A DNA stretch of 37,613 nucleotides from a virus. Positions 1-7,056 of the stretch are shown one piece after another. The translations under genes were made by a program, and so were the position numbers. The stretch is from positions 1 through 37,613 of IMG/VR virus record IMGVR_UViG_3300045988_014133, one strand, 5' to 3'. A model generated the notes under the pieces. It made no database searches and was not told where the DNA came from. It saw only the letters and a list, made by a program, of their open reading frames with translations. Each line of letters begins with the position of its first letter. Position 1 is the stretch's first letter.

Positions 1-55
1 AATGACTGCATTGGCGGATTTACGTACATTACCGACGGAACCATGCTATAGAAAG
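1..55. repeat. Terminal direct duplication, identical to 37559..37613 (circular-contig overlap)
   Basis: aatgactgcattggcggatttacgtacattaccgacggaaccatgctatagaaag occurs at both ends. It carries the last codons and the TAG stop of CDS 34805..37609. Confidence 0.95.
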
Positions 56-63
56 GAGCAAGA

Positions 64-2235
64 ATGAAATCAGAAAAACAGCTCTACCAATGGGATGTGA
101 ATCAGTATCTAATAGAGTTGCAACCAACAGCACAGTTTGTAGATTACCCGATGGGTAATGAGATTATCAGAATTGAGACGGACGGCAAGCGCTGCCGAAT
201 TCCCGACGAATTTCTGCAAACTGCAGGCTTTAAAACGTGCTATGAGCGCTATTCCGACGGCACTTACAAGGCGTATAACTTCAACGTGCAATCATCGCCA
301 AAGCCGCCTGACTACGTCTACACAGCGGAAGAGCGCACAACTTTTGATGCGCTCGTGGCTAAAGCAGATGCCGCAATCGCAGAAATAAAGCGCCGTGCCG
401 ATTCCGGAGAGTTTACGCCGAAAAAGGGCGTGGACTATTTCACGGATGCGGAGAAAACTGAGCTGATGGAGGGCGTATCAAGCGGAGCGGTCGGAGAATT
501 CCGGAAGGTTGTTGACACTGCAACCGCCGAATACAACGACAATCACAACTTGAAGTTAGCCAAATACAACGCCAACGCCGCCGAGAAGCTGACCACCTAC
601 GACACCAACGACGAACAGCGCACCAGCGACTACAACCGCAACGCCGAGGTGAAGCTGGAAGCCTATAACAGCAATCACACCGCAAAGGTGGCGGAGTACA
701 ATGAGAACGCCGCCGCCCTGCAAACCGAGGTGGACCACTTACGGGGCGAGTGCGACAATTTGACGGCAGAAAACCGGAAGCAGGAGAATCGAATCGACGC
801 CCTGATGAAGCTGAATAAGGGGCAGACCTATGACATTCTGCCAGAAGAGGGCGAAGCCGCAAGCAGAACGGCACCGAGTGGGGCGAAATATGTGAGCGTG
901 GATAAGGTTGGCGGCAAGAGTATCGTGTGGAATCAGCAGATTGACACCTCCGGAGCTGCGTTGATAACGAGAGGAGGGGTTACTGTTTCAAAAAAAGAGA
1001 ATGGAAAGTTGTTTTTGAGTGGTACTGCCACCGGTGGAATCGCATGGTGTATTGTAGGGAGTGCTAGATTAGTGCAAGGGCACAAGTATATCGCCAAGAA
1101 GATAGGTGAAAATGTACCTTTGAGATTCGACAATTTGGATGGCGGTGTGGGGCTTAATTTTACTGATGGGCTAGAAGTCATGACGCTAACGCAGGAATGT
1201 AAAAGCAATGTATATGCTCCAGTCCCCGAAGGTGTTAGTGTCGATTTTGAAATAAGCCCTTTTATTGTCGACCTTACTTTGATGTTCGGAGCCGGCAACG
1301 AACCCACCGCCGAACAGTTCGAGGCGATGCTCCCGGCGGAATCGTCCACGTACAATCCGGGCGAAATCATTTCCGGAACTACCGCCAGCATCGATTTAAT
1401 CCCAGGCAACATCTACCCCGGCACACAATCGGTGAAATATTACCCCTGCAAGATTGCAAAAGGCGAAACGTTCACGGCATCCGCTACGTGCGGACAATCA
1501 GATGTTAAGTGCCGATTTGCATCGGAAGACGGAAGTCAAAAGGACTATTTTTCGCTTTCGACTGGTGTCGGTGGTGGGCGCTACAAAAGAGTAATATCAG
1601 CACAATTTGACATTGCCATCGTGATGTTCGACGTTGCAACCGGAAAAGAAGCGTCGGGCTTTGTCGTCGAGATGGGCGAAGGAGACGGAACATACAAAAA
1701 GTATTTCGAACCGTCGCAACTCCCGACAAGTTTTCCAGAGCTACGGTCAGCAAGGGCAGCACACGACTACATCGAGTTAGACGGTGGAGAGATTCGGCGG
1801 AATGTTGGTGCGGTGGATTTGGAAACGCTCAACTGGACCTATTCTGACAAGTATAGATGGATTATTTCGAGAGATTTGATTGGTATCATTGCAACGCCAG
1901 CTACGTCAATTGATATCCCTAATGCAATATCTAATAAATTTGACATTGTAGAACAGAAAAACAACACAACACTGCCCGGGCTGTGCGTGTGGTCGAACGG
2001 TCCAATCACCATTAAAAGCGAAAATATAACGTCTGCGGCAGACCTATCCGGGGCTGTATTGCAGTACGAACTGGCAACCCCGACAACCGAGCCCGTCACC
2101 ATCCCGGAAGCCCTGCAAGAATGGCTACCGGTAGAAGCCGGCGGAACGGTCACATTCCGGAACGAGGATGAATCGAAGCAACTGGCGGTACCTAACGCAG
2201 TAAGCTGGGTTAGGAAATTGAACGAGGTAAATTGA
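64..2235 (+). CDS. Tail fibre / receptor-binding baseplate protein (BppU-like N-terminus, hendecad repeat stalk, C-terminal globular part)
   Basis: 723-aa ORF with AAAGGAG 5 nt before the ATG. It follows Tal on the circular map and precedes the lysis genes. It has six 11-residue xxYNxNxxxKL repeats and a GVDYFTDAEK fibre-like motif. Confidence 0.65.
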   Translation: MKSEKQLYQWDVNQYLIELQPTAQFVDYPMGNEIIRIETDGKRCRIPDEFLQTAGFKTCYERYSDGTYKAYNFNVQSSPKPPDYVYTAEERTTFDALVAKADAAIAEIKRRADSGEFTPKKGVDYFTDAEKTELMEGVSSGAVGEFRKVVDTATAEYNDNHNLKLAKYNANAAEKLTTYDTNDEQRTSDYNRNAEVKLEAYNSNHTAKVAEYNENAAALQTEVDHLRGECDNLTAENRKQENRIDALMKLNKGQTYDILPEEGEAASRTAPSGAKYVSVDKVGGKSIVWNQQIDTSGAALITRGGVTVSKKENGKLFLSGTATGGIAWCIVGSARLVQGHKYIAKKIGENVPLRFDNLDGGVGLNFTDGLEVMTLTQECKSNVYAPVPEGVSVDFEISPFIVDLTLMFGAGNEPTAEQFEAMLPAESSTYNPGEIISGTTASIDLIPGNIYPGTQSVKYYPCKIAKGETFTASATCGQSDVKCRFASEDGSQKDYFSLSTGVGGGRYKRVISAQFDIAIVMFDVATGKEASGFVVEMGEGDGTYKKYFEPSQLPTSFPELRSARAAHDYIELDGGEIRRNVGAVDLETLNWTYSDKYRWIISRDLIGIIATPATSIDIPNAISNKFDIVEQKNNTTLPGLCVWSNGPITIKSENITSAADLSGAVLQYELATPTTEPVTIPEALQEWLPVEAGGTVTFRNEDESKQLAVPNAVSWVRKLNEVN
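526..723 (+). repeat. Six consecutive degenerate 33-nt (11-aa) coding repeats inside the fibre gene
   Basis: In-frame units are AEYNDNHNLKL / AKYNANAAEKL / TTYDTNDEQRT / SDYNRNAEVKL / EAYNSNHTAKV / AEYNENAAALQ. Confidence 0.85.
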
Positions 2236-2236
2236 A

Positions 2237-2380
2237 ATGGCAAAATTAGAGAAATTATATGAATTAATCGACAAAGAGAACTTTGAACCGGGCGGAACAT
2301 TAGAAGAGCGGGTGTCCGTGCTGGAAGAAGTGCTGCAGGAGCAGGTCATGGCGGTCACGACCGCAAAAGAAGATGATTAA
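2237..2380 (+). CDS. Small hypothetical protein (47 aa), below the ORF-track cutoff
   Basis: ATG at 2237 lies 1 nt after the fibre stop, with GAGGT 7 nt upstream. It reads MAKLEKLYELIDKENFEPGGTLEERVSVLEEVLQEQVMAVTTAKEDD, ends at TAA 2378-2380 and is followed directly by a terminator. Confidence 0.45.
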   Translation: MAKLEKLYELIDKENFEPGGTLEERVSVLEEVLQEQVMAVTTAKEDD

Positions 2381-2386
2381 CGAAAT

Positions 2387-2408
2387 GCCACCTATGCGGT
2401 GGCTTTTT
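2387..2408 (+). terminator. Rho-independent terminator
   Basis: Stem GCCACC / GGTGGC with loop TATGC, followed by TTTTT. Confidence 0.75.
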
Positions 2409-2440
2409 CGTTGCCAAAAATCAAGAAGGGAGGTGATACC

Positions 2441-2752
2441 ATGCGAATGTACGTAACTACCGAGGATATCCTTTGGCTTGCGGGTGCAATCGTGGCTATT
2501 TCGGCGGCAATTAAAGTAGTATGCGGCGCAATCGAACAATTCCGGAAGCCGAACAAAACACAGGATGCGAGAATAGCAGAATTGGAGCGCAAAGCGGTTA
2601 ATGATTACAACCGACTCAACCAGCTTGAAGAGGGTAACATCATTACACAGCGTGCACTGCTTGCGCTGTTGGCGCACGGAATCGACGGCAACGATATCGA
2701 GGCGATGCGGAAGGCAAAAGCGGAGCTGACGGACTACCTAATCGAACGCTAG
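2441..2752 (+). CDS. Membrane-anchored coiled-coil protein, possible BhlA/UviB-like holin-type accessory
   Basis: GGGAGGTG RBS 5 nt before ATG 2441 (the track start at 2399 lies inside the terminator). It has an N-terminal TM segment (ILWLAGAIVAISAAIKVVCGAI) and then a helical region. It sits immediately upstream of the holin. Confidence 0.5.
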   Translation: MRMYVTTEDILWLAGAIVAISAAIKVVCGAIEQFRKPNKTQDARIAELERKAVNDYNRLNQLEEGNIITQRALLALLAHGIDGNDIEAMRKAKAELTDYLIER

Positions 2753-2863
2753 GATTGCTCTACAGCGCCATTATTTAGCTTCTAACAGCTTTAAATCAGT
2801 TAACCTTATAACTTATCACTAATATTAAAAAAACCGCTTAAAACAGCGGAGAAGGAGAAGAAA

Positions 2864-3208
2864 ATGGATATTTCTATTGTAAATGATTACTTTGTACCGG
2901 CGGTAGTTGTGATGTGCCTTTGCATCGGCTACATCATGAGAAACTGGATGCCAACCGATAACAAGTGGATTCCAACGGTGCTGTTTGTCGTCGGTATCGT
3001 ATGCGGAATCGTGGTAGACGGTCTGACCTTTACGGCGGTAGTTTCCGGTGCAGTGTCCGGACTGGCGGCGGTCGGGCTGAATCAGGCGTTCAAACAGGCG
3101 TTAGGCTTGAATGTTCGCCCGGACATTGAAACCACCGACGAAGAGGTGCAGGATTACGAACTGGCAGAGGAAGAGGATGAAGCAGAAGAAGGTGAAGATG
3201 ATGAGTAA
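2864..3208 (+). CDS. Holin (Phage_holin_5 / Hol44-like)
   Basis: It has a GGAGAAGGAG RBS and hydrophobic segments (VPAVVVMCLCIGYI, WIPTVLFVVGIVCGIVV, AVVSGAVSGLAAVGLNQAFKQ). It ends in an acidic tail and overlaps the start of the endolysin. Confidence 0.75.
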   Translation: MDISIVNDYFVPAVVVMCLCIGYIMRNWMPTDNKWIPTVLFVVGIVCGIVVDGLTFTAVVSGAVSGLAAVGLNQAFKQALGLNVRPDIETTDEEVQDYELAEEEDEAEEGEDDE

Positions 3209-3911
3209 GACGATTGCAGTACATTGTGGGCATGGCGTGAGTTTGGACGGAAGCTGGGATTCCGGCTGTGTATATAAGGGATATTCGGAAGCTAAATTGA
3301 TGCTTGCCATCACGAAGGCGGCGGTCAAGTATTTGAGAGCTTCCGGTGTAAAGGTGCAGTCGGATGCAGACCATGGCAACAACAAAAACATGATTGCCGA
3401 TGTACGACAGGCGAACAATTCCGGCGTTGCCATGTACTTGTCTATCCACTGTGATTATTCCGGAGCACCTAGAGGCGTTATGCCGCTGTACGTGTCCGGA
3501 AGCGGAAAAAAGCTTGCTAAGTGCCTTGAAAAGACCATTAAAAAAGATATGGGTATGAAATCCCGTGGAGTACAGAAGAGAACGGACCTTTTTGAGCTGA
3601 ACGGTACCGACATGACGGCGTGCATCTTGGAGACTGGCAGCATTAAGGGCGACTTGGCTACACTGAGAGACCATCCGGACAAGTACGGAAAAGCCATCGC
3701 AAAGGGCGTGTGCAGCTACTTAGGCGTGCCTTTCAAGGATGGGAAGAAGAAACCCAGTAAAGAAATCTACCGTGTAAGAAAAACATGGAAGGATACAAAG
3801 AGTCAGAAGGGCGCCTTTTCGTCACTGGAGAACGCTAAGAAATGTGCCGATAAAAACGGCTACTCTGTTTTTAACAGTAAAGGAAAGGCGGTGTATCGTG
3901 GCAAAAAGTAG
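3198..3911 (+). CDS. N-acetylmuramoyl-L-alanine amidase endolysin (Amidase_3) with a short SPOR-like C-terminal module
   Basis: Amidase_3 motifs are IAVHCGHG, LSIHCDY and ACILETGSI. The C-terminus YRVRKTWKDTKSQKGAFSSLENAKKCADKNGYSVF resembles SPOR / cell-wall-binding repeats. The start is taken at ATG 3198 after AAGGTG; the track start at 3111 lies inside the holin. Confidence 0.85.
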   Translation: MMSKTIAVHCGHGVSLDGSWDSGCVYKGYSEAKLMLAITKAAVKYLRASGVKVQSDADHGNNKNMIADVRQANNSGVAMYLSIHCDYSGAPRGVMPLYVSGSGKKLAKCLEKTIKKDMGMKSRGVQKRTDLFELNGTDMTACILETGSIKGDLATLRDHPDKYGKAIAKGVCSYLGVPFKDGKKKPSKEIYRVRKTWKDTKSQKGAFSSLENAKKCADKNGYSVFNSKGKAVYRGKK

Positions 3912-4602
3912 GAAGATAAACAGGACTTACGTTGTTATCAAGGCTGACCCCCTGCGGGTCAAGCCTTCTTACAAGTCGAAGCGGAAAAAGACCCTTGCGG
4001 TCGGAACGAAGGTACACGCCACAAGGATTAAAGGCTATTATATCTACGTTCCGGCACTTAAGGGATGGACCATCTGGAAGGACTCAAAGGGACAGAAATA
4101 CGTCCGTCTTGTCTCAGTCCCGAAAAGCACAAAAGCAGACAAGCTGCTGACGGCACTGAAAACCAACGCCGCAAAGATGATTAAGGCACACGTGAAGTAT
4201 TCGGCTAACCATGCCTGCAAGAGCCTAGCAAGCGCCTTGAAGAACAAGAGAACGAATTGTGCTACATATGTTTCTTTTGGCTTGCAGTCAATCGGCGTGC
4301 TTCCGAAAGGAAAATACATTTGGCTTGATACAAAGATTCACGGGTCCGGAAGCTCCATCATCCGGAAGAAGGCAAAAATCGCATATCCCCGAAAATCGTG
4401 GAAATACGCAAAGCTGAAAAAGGGGGACATCTGCGGTTTTGCCAATAAGCCGCATACGATGGTATACGCCGGTAAAAGCAAACACGGCTATCCTCTGTGG
4501 TATTCGGCAGGCGGTTCCGATGTGAAAGCCAAAAACTACGGACCGAAACGAAAGAAAAGTTATGAGAAGCGGAAAATCTATGTGAGGATTCGGTTGAAGT
4601 AA
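3898..4602 (+). CDS. Putative second cell-wall hydrolase: SH3b-like N-terminus plus NlpC/P60-like Cys/His domain
   Basis: GTG 3898 follows AGGAAAGG. The N-terminal pattern (LRVKPSY...GTKVHATRIKGYYIYVPALKGWTIW) is SH3b-like. The C-terminal TNCATYVSFGL ... KKGDICGFANKPHTMVYAG resembles the NlpC/P60 Cys and His motifs. Confidence 0.45.
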   Translation: MAKSRKINRTYVVIKADPLRVKPSYKSKRKKTLAVGTKVHATRIKGYYIYVPALKGWTIWKDSKGQKYVRLVSVPKSTKADKLLTALKTNAAKMIKAHVKYSANHACKSLASALKNKRTNCATYVSFGLQSIGVLPKGKYIWLDTKIHGSGSSIIRKKAKIAYPRKSWKYAKLKKGDICGFANKPHTMVYAGKSKHGYPLWYSAGGSDVKAKNYGPKRKKSYEKRKIYVRIRLK

Positions 4603-4850
4603 TGACAAATGAGGTAATATGGACAAAAATAGTGCTTGAGAGATTTATTGAACAGGCTAATTTGTCGGAGGATGAAGAAATCGTGATTCGGACACGGGCG
4701 GCAGGGTGGAGCAGAATAAAGCAGGCGATGGAGCTGAATCTTTCGGTATCGACGATAGACCGGATTATCAGCCGGTTAAAACGGAAGTATGACGAAGTGC
4801 AGGCATCCGACCCAATCCTACCCCCACGGCAACGTGGAGTTTACAAGTGA
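4602..4850 (+). CDS. Small sigma-70 region-4-like HTH protein
   Basis: The TAATG overlap with the preceding stop suggests translational coupling. The HTH is LSVSTIDRIISRLKRKY. A strong terminator follows. Confidence 0.5.
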   Translation: MTNEVIWTKIVLERFIEQANLSEDEEIVIRTRAAGWSRIKQAMELNLSVSTIDRIISRLKRKYDEVQASDPILPPRQRGVYK

Positions 4851-4865
4851 ATAATGTGATAGTAA

Positions 4866-4906
4866 GGCGGCAGTTAATCGAAAGATTAGCTGCCGTCTTT
4901 TTTTTT
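4866..4906 (+). terminator. Rho-independent terminator closing the late/lysis operon
   Basis: The stem GGCGGCAG / CTGCCGTC has 8 bp including one G-U pair, and is followed by nine T. Confidence 0.85.
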
Positions 4907-4936
4907 ATCATTAAATCACAAGAAAGGAGAAAAGCC

Positions 4937-5275
4937 ATGTACGGATTTTATCAGCAGCCATACGAACAGCTTATTCGTGTAACTGGACTTGACGGCGCTA
5001 AAGCGTATCAGATGCGCCCTAACAGTGCCGTAGCACTATTCGATGGGGCGGAAGATATCTTCTATCTCAAATCAACGGACGGTGCAGGATTTCCGACGAT
5101 TCGGGTATTCCGGTTCGAGGAAGTCACAGCTACACCGGCAGCGGCGCCGGAGTATATCACCAAGGCAGAATTTGAAAAGTTCAAGGAGGAAATCTTAAAT
5201 GGGCAGCAGCATATTCAGGAATCAGAACAACCAAATCGGCGACCTAGCAAACAAGGCAAAAGCCATGATGAATGA
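4937..5275 (+). CDS. Hypothetical protein (112 aa), moron cassette gene A
   Basis: AAAGGAGAAAAGCC precedes ATG 4937. The track start at 4847 would span the terminator. No recognised motif. Confidence 0.6.
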   Translation: MYGFYQQPYEQLIRVTGLDGAKAYQMRPNSAVALFDGAEDIFYLKSTDGAGFPTIRVFRFEEVTATPAAAPEYITKAEFEKFKEEILNGQQHIQESEQPNRRPSKQGKSHDE

Positions 5276-5402
5276 TTCAAGGCAGATGCAGAACGTAATG
5301 GGTATGTTATCCGGAAGGGGAATGTCAGCGGAACAAATGGTCCGGTCCATTTGTAAGGAACGTGGAATCGACGTGAACGAATTCATGAACAGCATTAAAT
5401 AG
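5199..5402 (+). CDS. Hypothetical protein (67 aa), moron cassette gene B
   Basis: A strong AAGGAGG (5183-5189) lies 9 nt before the ATG. It overlaps gene A by 77 nt in another frame. Confidence 0.5.
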   Translation: MGSSIFRNQNNQIGDLANKAKAMMNDSRQMQNVMGMLSGRGMSAEQMVRSICKERGIDVNEFMNSIK

Positions 5403-5515
5403 CAAATTCCTATTTAAAAAAATCGCCAAAATTGTAAATACCAATCAGCTTTAACACTTGCAAGTGAAAGATATTTTAATTATTTATTCGGTCTATCCGA
5501 AGGAAGGAGAAGAAA

Positions 5516-6097
5516 ATGGAAAACATGAGCTTGTCGGACATTGCCGCCGTGACAAAGGATAATGATGATTATTTTGGCAACGGTGGAATGTGGATTTTCG
5601 CCCTACTGATTCTGATGATGATGGGCGGCGGATTCTGGAATAGAGGGAATCAGCCTGAACCGGTGACGGAAGCGGGATTATGCAATGCGATGAACTTCAA
5701 CGGTCTGGAGAACAGCGTGGGAAGACTGAACGATAGCCTTCAGAACGATTACATGGGCGTGCAGAACGGCATTTCAAATCTCGGTTATGAGACTTTGAGA
5801 AACTTCAATGAGACGCAGAACAGAATTTCTGACTGTTGTTGCATTACCCAGCGTGGTATTGACGGAGTGAATTATAACGGAGCAATCAATACGGCGAACA
5901 TCAATGCGAACACTACAGCACAGACTCAGAAGATTCTGGATGCGTTAGCTCAGAACAAAATTGAGTCATTGCAGGCACAGGTAACACAGCTTCAGATGCA
6001 GAACGCAATGTGCGGTGTTGTAAGATACCCTAGCGCTACTACTTATTGTAGCGGTGCTAATCCGTTCGGTGCCTGCGGATGCGGAAACGCTATTTAA
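5516..6097 (+). CDS. Single-pass membrane protein with N/Q-rich helical region and Cys-rich C-terminus, moron cassette gene C
   Basis: It has a GGAAGGAG RBS and a TM segment MWIFALLILMMMGGGF. It also carries DCCCITQ and the tail CGVVRYPSATTYCSGANPFGACGCGNAI. Confidence 0.7.
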   Translation: MENMSLSDIAAVTKDNDDYFGNGGMWIFALLILMMMGGGFWNRGNQPEPVTEAGLCNAMNFNGLENSVGRLNDSLQNDYMGVQNGISNLGYETLRNFNETQNRISDCCCITQRGIDGVNYNGAINTANINANTTAQTQKILDALAQNKIESLQAQVTQLQMQNAMCGVVRYPSATTYCSGANPFGACGCGNAI

Positions 6098-6131
6098 TAG
6101 GGTGTAAAGGCATATAGCCAAGGAGGACATT

Positions 6132-6536
6132 ATGAGTTGTAAAAGTGCGATTTATGCGGTGAATACCAGCACGGCGACTATTCCGGAAGGTGGAACCTAT
6201 CAGCCAAATACAATAATTAGAAGATTTGGTCAGTGCTGCCAAATGGCGAACAACGCCATGGAGCTGAACGGTCAAGGCTACTATGATGTTGCGGTCACGG
6301 CTACGGTGGTAGGAACTGCGGTAGGAAACGTCACAATGGCGGTTTATCAGGACGGTACAGCCGTTCCCGGAATGAATGCTACACAGACCATCAAGGCAAT
6401 CGGCGATACCGTCACGCTTGGAACAAGTGGCATCGTGCGGGTGTACTGCGGTAAGAACAGTTCGACTCTTACTATTGTTATCGGCGGTCAGGCGGTCACC
6501 GGAAACAATCTTGCTATCGACATTACAAAGCAGTAA
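6132..6536 (+). CDS. Beta-rich Cys-containing protein (possible C1q/BclA-CTD-like sandwich), moron cassette gene D
   Basis: AAGGAGG lies 6 nt before the ATG. Alternating beta-strand-like segments include YYDVAVTATVVGTAVGNVTMAVYQDG. The fold assignment is a guess from pattern only. Confidence 0.65.
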   Translation: MSCKSAIYAVNTSTATIPEGGTYQPNTIIRRFGQCCQMANNAMELNGQGYYDVAVTATVVGTAVGNVTMAVYQDGTAVPGMNATQTIKAIGDTVTLGTSGIVRVYCGKNSSTLTIVIGGQAVTGNNLAIDITKQ

Positions 6537-6550
6537 GAGAACAAATGTTC

Positions 6551-6579
6551 TTGCATGAACTTTGAAAGAGGTGTATAAT
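6551..6579 (+). promoter_or_regulatory. Putative sigma-A promoter (TTGCAT-17 nt-TATAAT)
   Basis: TTGCAT is at 6551-6556, followed by a 17-nt spacer and a perfect TATAAT at 6574-6579. It lies just after the stop of gene D. Confidence 0.5.
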
Positions 6580-6585
6580 AAAACT

Positions 6586-6681
6586 GTGAATTTTACCATG
6601 CGTTCTAGGTATCATTGAGCGCCTCCTTTCATTAAATACGAGTTCTATGGAAAAAGAGTCGGAGTTATCCGGCTCTTTTTT
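6586..6681 (+). ncRNA. Putative ~95-nt small RNA (promoter-to-terminator unit without a credible ORF)
   Basis: It is bounded by the 6551-6579 promoter and the 6651-6681 terminator. The only plus-strand ATG (6598) opens a 6-codon ORF with no RBS. The RNA contains the anti-SD-like CCTCCTTTCAT (6622-6632). Confidence 0.3.
6651..6681. terminator. Bidirectional rho-independent terminator
   Basis: The stem GAGTCGG / CCGGCTC has 7 bp including one G-U pair and a 6-nt loop. It is flanked by AAAAA upstream and TTTTTT downstream, and it overlaps the stop of the minus-strand 72-aa gene. Confidence 0.75.
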
Positions 6682-6899
6682 CATGTTACAACTGCAAGCG
6701 ATTCAACGTAAACAGCAGTCCTATTAACGTATCCTTGCACGGTATTTACAAGGAAACCTTTGATTTCAACGAAAGAGAAAAGCGGAATATATGTCGTATC
6801 GGCGCCAATACAGCGGATAAATACGCCATCACAATTTACGATAAAGAAGTTCTTACAACGATGAGATAACAATCCGATAAGATTTACGTAATTAGACAT
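6681..6899 (-). CDS. Hypothetical 72-aa protein (Cys-containing, beta-rich), AT-rich accessory gene
   Basis: On the minus strand AAGGAG lies 7 nt before the second ATG (6899). The first ATG at 6905 is only 1 nt from the SD. The protein begins MSNYVNLIGLLSHRCKNFFIVNCDG. Confidence 0.55.
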   Translation of the reverse strand: MSNYVNLIGLLSHRCKNFFIVNCDGVFIRCIGADTTYIPLFSFVEIKGFLVNTVQGYVNRTAVYVESLAVVT

Positions 6900-6937
6900 A
6901 CACATACTCCTTTCATGATTACAAGTAATATGTGGCG

Positions 6938-6966
6938 ATTTTATACCTTACATTAAAAAAGCACAA
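6938..6966 (-). promoter_or_regulatory. Putative promoter of the 72-aa gene (TTGTGC-17 nt-TAAAAT on the minus strand)
   Basis: The reverse complement of 6961-6966 is TTGTGC and of 6938-6943 is TAAAAT, with a 17-nt spacer. Confidence 0.4.
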
Positions 6967-7056
6967 ACCATTTTCGGGGTGGAAAACAAGACAAAAAAAG
7001 CCCTTTTTATTACCTTTTGATAAGTGATAAAATACAATAGAATGGAGGTGTTAAAG

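Noticed and set aside
2827-2849. A-run plus CCGCT/AGCGG hairpin upstream of the holin, which reads as a terminator on the minus strand
   Set aside because: The stem is only 5 bp, and there is no minus-strand gene anywhere nearby to terminate. It is probably incidental or a weak structural element in the holin leader.
6523-6615. 30-codon minus-strand ORF (MIPRTHGKIHSFIIHLFQSSCKNICSLTAL) with AAGGAGG 6 nt upstream
   Set aside because: Not called as a gene. It sits directly downstream of a terminator on its own strand, runs antisense into the end of gene D with no terminator, and overlaps a perfect plus-strand -10 element. It remains an alternative reading of the CCTCC element in the sRNA finding.
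6622-6916. The CTCCTTTCAT 10-mer shared by the putative sRNA and the 72-aa gene leader, taken as proof of antisense regulation
   Set aside because: An exact 10-nt repeat is expected by chance hundreds of times among all position pairs in 37.6 kb, and both copies are SD-like on the minus strand. It is used only as a supporting, non-decisive observation.
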